Shown here one piece after another: positions 17,155 through 25,156 of a stretch of 32,000 nt of DNA (positions within the stretch are counted from its first letter, which is position 1; every line of letters starts with the position of its first letter). This DNA comes from Pseudodesulfovibrio piezophilus C1TLV30 (GTDB taxonomy: Bacteria; Desulfobacterota; Desulfovibrionia; Desulfovibrionales; Desulfovibrionaceae): NCBI RefSeq assembly GCF_000341895.1, contig NC_020409.1, forward strand, positions 3,392,411 through 3,424,410, read 5' to 3'. A model generated the notes under the pieces. The model searched no databases. It was not told the origin of the DNA and saw nothing but the letters and a program-made list of their open reading frames with translations. A program made the position numbers and the translations under genes.

Positions 17155-17994
17155 ATGACACTGATCGGAGATCCGTTGGCTGCCCTGACTGGGCAGAAAT
17201 ATGCGATCGACCGGCTCAACGCCATTGCTCACGATCCTCCCCAATCCATAGTTATCGAAGGGGGCGATGCGGACAGCCGTGTCGCCCTCGCTCTGTACTG
17301 GGCCATGAGGCTCAATTGTTCGTCCGGGACTGTGCCGTGCGGCAGTTGTGCCGCTTGCAAGCAGATTGCAGAGCAGGCTTTCAATGATCTTCTTTTCTTT
17401 GATGGGCGGGACGGATTGATCAAGGTTGAACCGGTTCGGTCCATGCGCTCCACATGGGGGCAACCGCCCAATGGTGACGGTTTCCGCGTGACCATTTTTG
17501 CCGAAGCGCAGATGTTCATGACCGAAGCAGCCAACGCCCTTCTGAAATCATTGGAGGAACCTCGCCCGGGCAATGTCTTTGTCCTTGCTGCTCCTCAGCG
17601 GGAACGGCTCCTTGAGACCCTTGTGTCCCGGTCATGGGTTGTGACCTTGGCATGGCCTGATATCAGGGTGAATTCCCCTGAAATATCAGAGTGGGTTTCC
17701 GCGCTCATTCATTTCTGGGGGTCTGGCAGAGGATGGTTTGAACGAACCTCTGCCAAAGGGGCAGTAGACAAGGGACTTGCCATGCAGGTTGTCCTTGGAA
17801 TGCAGCGCGAGCTTCGGGAAGCCCTTTCCGGTTCCTGCTCCACACAACTCTCAGCCTCCCTTGCCCAGTCTTTTGATCTCAAGCGATTTCGTCGGCTTGG
17901 CCTCGTACTTGATCAGGCCCAGGATGCCTTGAATACTCAAGTCCCGGTGAATCCTGCCATGGTGTTGGATTGGGTCGCGACACGGATGATCTGA
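17155..17994 (+). CDS. holB: DNA polymerase III delta-prime subunit (HolB-like clamp-loader AAA+ protein)
   Basis: Cys module CGSCAACKQI, sensor/box block EAANALLKSLEEPRPGNVFVL, and LLETLVSRS (SRC-like). GAGGAG lies 7 nt upstream of the ATG, which is 14 nt after the purA stop. Confidence 0.8.
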   Translation: MTLIGDPLAALTGQKYAIDRLNAIAHDPPQSIVIEGGDADSRVALALYWAMRLNCSSGTVPCGSCAACKQIAEQAFNDLLFFDGRDGLIKVEPVRSMRSTWGQPPNGDGFRVTIFAEAQMFMTEAANALLKSLEEPRPGNVFVLAAPQRERLLETLVSRSWVVTLAWPDIRVNSPEISEWVSALIHFWGSGRGWFERTSAKGAVDKGLAMQVVLGMQRELREALSGSCSTQLSASLAQSFDLKRFRRLGLVLDQAQDALNTQVPVNPAMVLDWVATRMI

Positions 17995-17996
17995 TC

Positions 17997-18476
17997 ATGA
18001 TCATAACACCTTATTGTGCCCATGAAACAGATGCGATCGTTGATCTTATTACATCTATCCAGATCCGGGAATTTGGAGTTGCCACTTCAGCGGAAAAACA
18101 ACCTGACCTTCGTGATATTTCCAATTTTTACCAACATGGAGCCGGAAACTTCTGGCTTGCTTTCATTGATGACGAGCTTGTAGGCACAATTGCCCTCAAG
18201 GATGTCGGGGATAGAGTGTGCGCTTTGCGCAAAATGTTCGTGAAAAAGGCATATCGAGGCAAAACACCTGGCGTTGCACAGCAACTGATGCATACTCTGC
18301 TGGAGTGGGCAGAAGGGCACGGCACCCGTGAAATTTATCTTGGAACAGTCGATGCGTACCATGCAGCCCATCGTTTCTATGAAAAAAACGGTTTCCGAGA
18401 AGTCTCTCATGATGCTGTGCCGAATTCGGTTCCGTTCATGGATGTGGATGTGAAGTATTATCGGTATCGGTTTTAA
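17997..18476 (+). CDS. GNAT-family N-acetyltransferase
   Basis: Acetyl-CoA motif A LRKMFVKKAYRGKTPGVAQQLM and a C-terminal FYEKNGF block. The ATG lies 2 nt after the holB stop. Confidence 0.8.
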   Translation: MIITPYCAHETDAIVDLITSIQIREFGVATSAEKQPDLRDISNFYQHGAGNFWLAFIDDELVGTIALKDVGDRVCALRKMFVKKAYRGKTPGVAQQLMHTLLEWAEGHGTREIYLGTVDAYHAAHRFYEKNGFREVSHDAVPNSVPFMDVDVKYYRYRF

Positions 18477-18644
18477 GGTCCAAGGAACCCTTTTTCCTCG
18501 TCCCTTGGCAGGCCTGTGCTGCCAGAGTCCACTCTTTTCTTTGCCCGATCGATGCCTGCCGTGTCTTTGTGGTGTCCCTGTTCTTCTTCATTTTGGGAGT
18601 TTGAGAAGAGCGGCACTCTCGTAGGCACTTGCTGATTTTTTCGT

Positions 18645-21600
18645 TTATATCAGATTGATCCTTTTGCATTGCGCACCCTTAGGGATAAAGAGAAGCATCT
18701 CAGGTGTTTCTGATACGGGCTGTGCAAGATTCTTGTCGAGGAAAGCCGATGGGTGGTCTTCAAACTCCCTGCCGGGTGAGAGAAAGGTCTTGCAGAACAT
18801 TTCTCCCCAGTTCGTGGCGTATACCACCGCGACTTCTTCAATCTTATTGCTTTCCGGCGCGGCGGTCAGGTTCAGGATGATAAAGGCGCGGGTAACCCGT
18901 TCTGCATCCAGTCCTTCATTTATATCCGGTTCAAATGTTTCCTCAAAGGGGAAAAAATCATGCATGGCGGGCATCAGTTTTTGTAGATCGGCCACGGAGA
19001 GGGGGGCTATGGTTCTGTCGGCCTGAAGCAGGCTTTTGGGGTTATAGAGACGGTTGGCGAGGAGCCATGCCAGCATGACGACAGGATCACCGCTCCGGTG
19101 CAGGAGTTGGAGGGACTCTGCAGATTTTTTTGTCTCGGCCAAAGAACCGCCACGGACGACCCATATAGGTCTTTTCCCGAAGGCCTTTTGGGCTGTCATG
19201 TGCAGAATGGGGAACCCGTCGCTCCCGGTATCCATAAATGGAACACGCATGATCTTATTCTTTTTCTTGGAAAAATTAGAGGCGATGCGACGTCCCATGC
19301 GGGTCAGATCTTCCGGGTTGATCAAGACGCGGGAGTCGTCCCCTTCTGTCAAAGTTCCTTGTATCCTCTTGTAAGTATTGACCATGAAATGCCGGACTGA
19401 TGATCCCATTTTCAGTGATTTTTCAAAGGACCATTTCTCATTGGTATTGCATATCTTGTCCGGCGAAATGATTTCTTTGCCGAACATGGCCTCCACGAGG
19501 CTGGCGTCTTCGAAGCGGGCGGGCAATCCTCTGAAAAAAGGGATATCGCAGAGGTTGGCCTTGAACATGAAGGATTCCGTTAAAAGGCGTGCGACTTCCT
19601 TATCTCCATGCGTGTGATAGAATCGGCGCAGGGTATTGAAAAGAACAGCGTAGGGATCGGTTTGTTTGACCCCTCGACGGTGCAGAAAAAGACTGTGTTT
19701 TATCCTGTCGCATAATGGGAGAGGAAGTGTTTCTGTATCAGCATAGGTCTCAAGTAAGCCGAGTTTGAGGACCGATTTGAAAGGGGAATGGACCGCCTTG
19801 ACCATCTGCCAGAGGGACCCTCCGAAATATTCATCAGCCGGAACCGGGGCAAGATACCCGAAATCTTCAAGCCTGGGGCGTCCTGTCAAGGGGTAACGTC
19901 TCGCTGCCTGGAGGCATTCATCGTAGGTCTTTTTGTCTGCACCTGCCGGTGTCACCCACCATGCCAAATTTTTTCCTGCTATGCGCAGGGCTGTCCTGTA
20001 GAATTCTTCCTTGAGAAGCAGAGCCTGGGCAGAGCCGGAGCTTTCCTCGTCCCCGGCAGAAAAAATATTGGCTCGAACATCGTCCATTCGCATGGGGAAG
20101 AAGTGTGCTTCGAGGCCAAATTCACTTTCGGCCCACAGTCCGAGGGCATCAAGTTTTCGTTTTAATCCAGCTTCGGCCGCCAAATCGATGTCTCCATCGT
20201 AGCATACCCAGCAATCAATATCGGACTTGGCCGTCTGTGCCACGGTTCCGAGGCTCCCCATGGCGTAAACCGCGAGAATGCGGACGGTCGGCTTCGTTTG
20301 GGAGTGTTTGTGAGTCGGGAAAAATTGCTTGCTGAGTTCAAGAGAAGTGAGACACGGAGTATACCCCCATACTTCGCAAGACGGGACTCCTCTGAGCGAG
20401 AATTTTTTTTCGAATACCGTCGTGTCGAGCAGATAGGGAAGGAGACGCAGGTAGACCTGCTTTTCGCGTTCCAGCCCTGCTAATGCTCGGGCGAGCCTGG
20501 CCCGGTTGAGTGTCAACATGCGTTCTTCCCTGCGCAGAAAGGACATTTCTCGAGACCATGAGCGCATTATTTGGGCTGCTGCTTCATGGGAAAAAGCCGA
20601 AGAATCCGGCAACGGGACCCCTTTGGCTTTATTGGTCAGCTTTGCAAGGTGGCGAAGCTCATTGCGGAGCAGGAGGACGTGAGACAGGTCGGAATGAGTC
20701 ACCGCACAGCTCTGGACCGTGGCTCCCGGCATATCCACAGCGGCAAATGATGAATTATACATTGTAACGGAATACAGAACAGAGTTGGGGAATTCTACTC
20801 CCTTGAGTGTGGAGTCGGCGATGTTTGTGGCGGAGAAGTCAACGTCTTCGAATCTACTGGTTTCTATGGTGGTTTGATGGAGGGTGCTCCCCGCCATGAC
20901 CGAGGAGGTAACGCCGACCTGGGAGAGAGTGCATGTCAGGAATACCGCTCCGGCCAAGGTGCAATTGCGGAATCGGCAGTGGGAAAAAGTGCATCTGCTG
21001 AAAACTGTATCGGTGAAATTGCAATCATTGAAGGAGCATTTTGAAAAAGTGATGTCACTGAAGTGTGCACTCGTGAAATCCGTGACAGTGCAGATGCTGC
21101 CGCTGTGGCTTCCCCCGGAGAAGATGACATTGGTAAAATGGCTGGATGCAATTTTTGCCCTGATGAATCGGATGTCGGCAAGTACTGAATCCGTCAGGTC
21201 GAGATCCGTCATCTCCACACCATCCAGTTCTTCGGCTCGAACATGAGAGCAGTTGAGATCGAGATTTTTGAATGTATTGAACTTGGGAAGCAATTTTTCC
21301 AGTGTCTTTTTACGTGGGCCGAAAAGTCGGGAGAAGAATCCTGGTTGGGGACATGTCTCTTTTTCCGTCGCAGGTAAAGGGGATTGATTGGTCTCCTGAA
21401 CCAGTGAAGGAAAGGTTTCACTGGTCACTGTTCCTGTTCGGGCCAGGCTTGCCACAAACTGTGGGGCAATGGCGATCAGGGCAGAGAGTCCTTCTGATTC
21501 AGCATGCTCCCGTTGTATTTTCGGGAGAGCAGCCAGAAAGGATTTGTAGGCCGTATCTCCAAGCATGGGGATACGGCTTATGGTCGTTTGCCGCAGTGAA

Positions 21601-22478
21601 GGCATTTTCATGTACAGTGTCGCCAGCAGTTTTCCTGCTGCCGGAGCCTGTTGGTCTATGATCCCGTCCAGGCATGGGGCTGTCAGTTTTCCTTTCGATG
21701 ACTTGAGAACGCTCAGGAACATATCCAACACCTCGCTGTTCCTGGCTTCTGCTACCTGGGCGACTGTCCGCAAAGCGAGTTTGGTGGGAGCGAATGTCTC
21801 TGTTTTCAAGGATCGCGACAGTTCAAGAGCATAGTACGGATCGTTCAACGCCAGTATTATATGGCAAAGAACCGAGAGTTTGACTGTGTTGCCACCTTTC
21901 TTGAGCGAATTGGACAGCCACACTTCAAAAGATGAATGCATCAGAACTTGTCGGGCAGGAAAAGCCAGAATTTCTCCTTGCTCTCCTAAAGACGCTATAA
22001 AGGGGGTCAGTTCTTCGGGAGGGGCCGTCGAAACAGAGGCCATAAGCGCGTCAAGCCAATCAAGTGTTTGCTTGTCATGGTTTCCCGGATAGCTGAGCAG
22101 CATTTCGTGTCCGAGCGCAAGCCTGTCGCCTGCTGGAGTGGAGGCGAGCATGGCTGCGAGTTCGCGAAGAGCGATTGAACGGCTATGAATGAAACGGGCC
22201 GCGAGAATTCTGGCAAATCGACCGGACCGGAGTAGGGCGCGCAAGCATGCCTTGATGGTCCTAGGGTCTTTTGACACCTGAATGATTTTTGAAAAATTGA
22301 GGGCTGTTTCGGAAATCGGTCCGGCATCGCCCGCTGTCGGGGGGCTGATTGAAAGAACTGTCTTGATGTAAGTGTCCGCAAGGATATCAATGTCGGACAT
22401 ACCTTGAGACGCCGTGTTGAGCGCATAGGTTCGCACGACTGACGCGATGTCGGAAACTCGGCTATTCACTTCCGGCAT
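18645..22478 (-). CDS. Class-I adenylate cyclase homologue fused to an N-terminal helical (HEAT/ARM-like) region and a long pentapeptide-repeat domain
   Basis: aa ~655-1277 carry CyaA class-I blocks in order: [71 protein letters not shown] and [13 protein letters not shown]. aa ~405-600 are pentapeptide repeats. aa 1-400 are Leu/Ala-rich and helical. Confidence 0.85.
   Translation of the reverse strand: [1277 protein letters not shown]
20679..21266 (-). repeat. 15-nt-periodic coding repeat (pentapeptide repeats, roughly 35-40 units) inside the cyclase gene
   Basis: Consecutive pentads have F/L/M at the central position ([50 protein letters not shown] ...). The repetitive DNA also produces a spurious antisense ORF at 20884..21246. 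Confidence 0.8.
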
Positions 22479-22752
22479 AGAGGGCTATCTCTTTCATCAT
22501 AGTTCTTTATAATGCAGTGAATTGGATGCCAAGTCAAAGTCCTTGGCGGTTGTTTGCATGAGAATTTTCCACATCATCGTTCTGGGAGGCACAAGAGAAG
22601 ACAGTGCTGGGGAAAATGAGAAATCATGCGGGTTAAACTGCCGTTTAAAAAACAAAAAGACTTTGACTCATCATCTAACATGACCTATCGTGCCCAACTA
22701 TTATTATATCGTCCGAAAGCTCCGGTCTTCAACCAACCGTAGGAATGAATTT

Positions 22753-24921
22753 ATGTATACATTGCGAACTCTTCCAGGAGATGATGTCCGCCAGATCATG
22801 TGGCGCTTCGCTGATCGTTTCGACCTCCAAATGTCTGTCCAGTCTGCCCGTTCAATTGCTCGAAGTGTCGTCGCCAAATTGGTGGCGGAGGGGGCGCGTA
22901 ATACCCATGAGTGGACTGAGCAGAAAGATGAACTGCTGACTGCCTTTGATCAGTCCGGTCTGACGGCTCTGTTCATGGACCCGCACCAGGGCGGGTTTAT
23001 TGAAGGTCCAAAAAATTTGGCTTTGGCGCTGGTTGCTTTTGAGCTGTCTTGGGTGGACGCGGGAGCGGCGACGTCTTCGTTGGCATCCAATCTTGCCTTG
23101 GCTCCGATCCATGAAAAGGGCACGAGCGAACAACGTGACTACTATATGTCCAAATGTGTGCCTCCTCAGCCCGGTGAGGAAAGAGAAATCTGGCGTGGCG
23201 CATTTGCCCTGACCGAGCCATTACCATACATCGGGGTGGATACAGGGGTGCTGTGTGGCAAGGCCACAGTGGCGGACTGGAATGAAGGCGAAGAGCCGAT
23301 GCTCCAGATCGACAAGCGCGGCAGGTTTATTACCAACATGGATTTTGCAAATTTTGTCACAGCGGCTGTCGAGTCCAATGACGAGCGTATCAAGGGAACC
23401 TTCATGATCATTCTCGAAGAGGGTGATGAGGGTATTTTCGACCGTGGCGCTCCTACCTTGAAAATGGTCCATCAGCTTTCCTCGACCCGCGATCCTGTCT
23501 TGAATCTCAAAGTCCCTGCGTCCCGCATTATCGGTGGCTATGAAGTTGTCGACGGCGTGATTGTCCCCAAATACAATCATTCAGAGATCATCGGTGCGGT
23601 TTTCCATCGGACCCGTATCCCGGTGGGACTGATGACCTCTGCCAAGCTTTTGTCTGCCGTGGAGCCGGTTATTCGCTACCATCGCAACCGCTTTAGAGGT
23701 GGTGATGCCGCCAAGGAAGGTTCTCCCCGTTATGATAAGGGGCTTCAGAACAATGAGGATGCGCTGCAACGTCTGGTCGATATCTGGGCATCTGGAGAAG
23801 CCGGATGTTCCCTGGCTTTTGCCGCCTCCCGTCTGGCCGATGCTTTCGACCCCATCGAAAAGGCCAAGGAAGTCCACTTCGAAGCCGAGGGTGTTACTTC
23901 TGCCCGGAAACAGATGGTTGCCTTGCGCAAGCTCAAGGATCAGGTGTTTGAATTCATTGATCTGGAATATGCTCCTGAAGCAGAACGCGACCAGGCTCGC
24001 TATGTGGCCCTAAAAAAGGAGCCCCTTGTTTCTTACGCCTATATGGAGGCTTTGGCCGGGATTCTGAATCCCGGCGTCAAGTTGTGGAATACCGGTGTCG
24101 GCGCAAACATGATGCGTGAGGCCGTCGCCCTGGTCGGCGGATATGGTATTACCGAGGATTGCCCCGGATTTCTGATGCAGAAGTGGACAGACACTCAGCT
24201 TGAAGCCACTTATGAGGGACCGGAGGCGGTGCAACGTCGCCACATGACTATGACCATGACTTCCGAAGTCTTTCAGCATATCCTTTCAGCCTGGATCAGA
24301 CAGATGAAGGCAGCCGGAGCGACTGTCCCCGGTCTGGGCGGGTATGTCCTCGCCTCTGCCATGGAACTGTGGCAGTGGACTTTCAAGCATCTTCAGACTG
24401 CCAAGGACGATGATGGACGCAAGCTTTTCCATAGCAAACGTCAGGGTGTGACCTTTGCTCTGGCTGATGCCCTGGGGTGGCTGCTTGGTCCCTATTTTCT
24501 GGCGACAGATGTCATGGAATTGATCGAGAAAGGTCCCATGGCTCCGACGCTTGCAGAGGGACTTGACGATCTGACCGGTTTCTACAAGGACCTCTGTCAC
24601 ATTCAGTCAGCCCGTGCCGCAGGTGAAGTGGCACGAATCTGTACGGAACTTGTCTACGGGTTCAACACATGTCTGTGCCCAAAATCAGATGGAACCATCG
24701 CTGAAAAATGCGAGCCTGAAACCAAAAGCCCGTCTGAGTGCTCGCCTGACGGTCAACTTGGAGACCAGTCCAAATGCTCTCGGGACGACCTCAAGGCCTT
24801 CCGGCGACTGAAGGCTACGGTGGATATGTGCATGGCCGGGTCTCGTTCTGCCAAGGACAGGGCCGGGAATGCTCTGGGTGAAGTCATGATCCCCGAAGCC
24901 CTTGATTATCCTCTCGGGTAA
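22753..24921 (+). CDS. Large acyl-CoA dehydrogenase family protein (722 aa) with a C-terminal extension
   Basis: ACAD blocks GAFALTEPLPYIGVD and EATYEGPEAVQRRHM (the YEG Glu sits at the MCAD-type catalytic-base position). About 230 extra C-terminal residues include a Cys/Ser/Pro/Asp-rich segment. ATG 22753 has AGGA 8 nt upstream. Confidence 0.85.
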   Translation: MYTLRTLPGDDVRQIMWRFADRFDLQMSVQSARSIARSVVAKLVAEGARNTHEWTEQKDELLTAFDQSGLTALFMDPHQGGFIEGPKNLALALVAFELSWVDAGAATSSLASNLALAPIHEKGTSEQRDYYMSKCVPPQPGEEREIWRGAFALTEPLPYIGVDTGVLCGKATVADWNEGEEPMLQIDKRGRFITNMDFANFVTAAVESNDERIKGTFMIILEEGDEGIFDRGAPTLKMVHQLSSTRDPVLNLKVPASRIIGGYEVVDGVIVPKYNHSEIIGAVFHRTRIPVGLMTSAKLLSAVEPVIRYHRNRFRGGDAAKEGSPRYDKGLQNNEDALQRLVDIWASGEAGCSLAFAASRLADAFDPIEKAKEVHFEAEGVTSARKQMVALRKLKDQVFEFIDLEYAPEAERDQARYVALKKEPLVSYAYMEALAGILNPGVKLWNTGVGANMMREAVALVGGYGITEDCPGFLMQKWTDTQLEATYEGPEAVQRRHMTMTMTSEVFQHILSAWIRQMKAAGATVPGLGGYVLASAMELWQWTFKHLQTAKDDDGRKLFHSKRQGVTFALADALGWLLGPYFLATDVMELIEKGPMAPTLAEGLDDLTGFYKDLCHIQSARAAGEVARICTELVYGFNTCLCPKSDGTIAEKCEPETKSPSECSPDGQLGDQSKCSRDDLKAFRRLKATVDMCMAGSRSAKDRAGNALGEVMIPEALDYPLG

Positions 24922-24934
24922 CATGAAGAGAATA

Positions 24935-24971
24935 CCATGGGAGAATTCGTCATAGGCGATTTCTCCCATGG
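24935..24971 (+). promoter_or_regulatory. Perfect 11-bp stem hairpin (CCATGGGAGAA / TTCTCCCATGG, 15-nt loop) 14 nt after the ACAD stop; intra-operon terminator, attenuator or mRNA-stability element
   Basis: Read directly from the sequence. No clear U-tract follows (CCCTTTCTG). It sits in a 235-nt spacer before the ETF-QO gene. Confidence 0.55.
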
Positions 24972-25156
24972 CCCTTTCTGACCGGAGAGCCTTTTGGGTA
25001 CAGGTTGGAAAACCCAGATGGGGAGCACACTTTGAAACGCCGCACTTCTTCTGCCCACGGCAGGAGTTTTCCTGCGGCGTCCTATACATTTTGGAGGATT
25101 GCGAGATCATGTCGGTATGGTTTCGATTCCTCTCAGGATTGCCGGAGGCAAATGAC

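Noticed and set aside
20884-21246. 120-aa plus-strand ORF opposite the cyclase gene
   Set aside because: It is an artefact of the 15-nt periodic pentapeptide-repeat DNA. It lies wholly inside the 1277-codon ORF.
22544-22557. Sigma-54-like TGGCGG-TTGT-TTGC upstream of the ACAD operon
   Set aside because: The spacer is one nucleotide short and the -24 box is imperfect.
24968-25156. N-terminal extension of the ETF-QO ORF
   Set aside because: It starts inside the hairpin's right arm and the sequence looks non-coding. GGAGG precedes ATG 25157, immediately before the GxGxxG fold. ATG 25109 remains a possible alternative.
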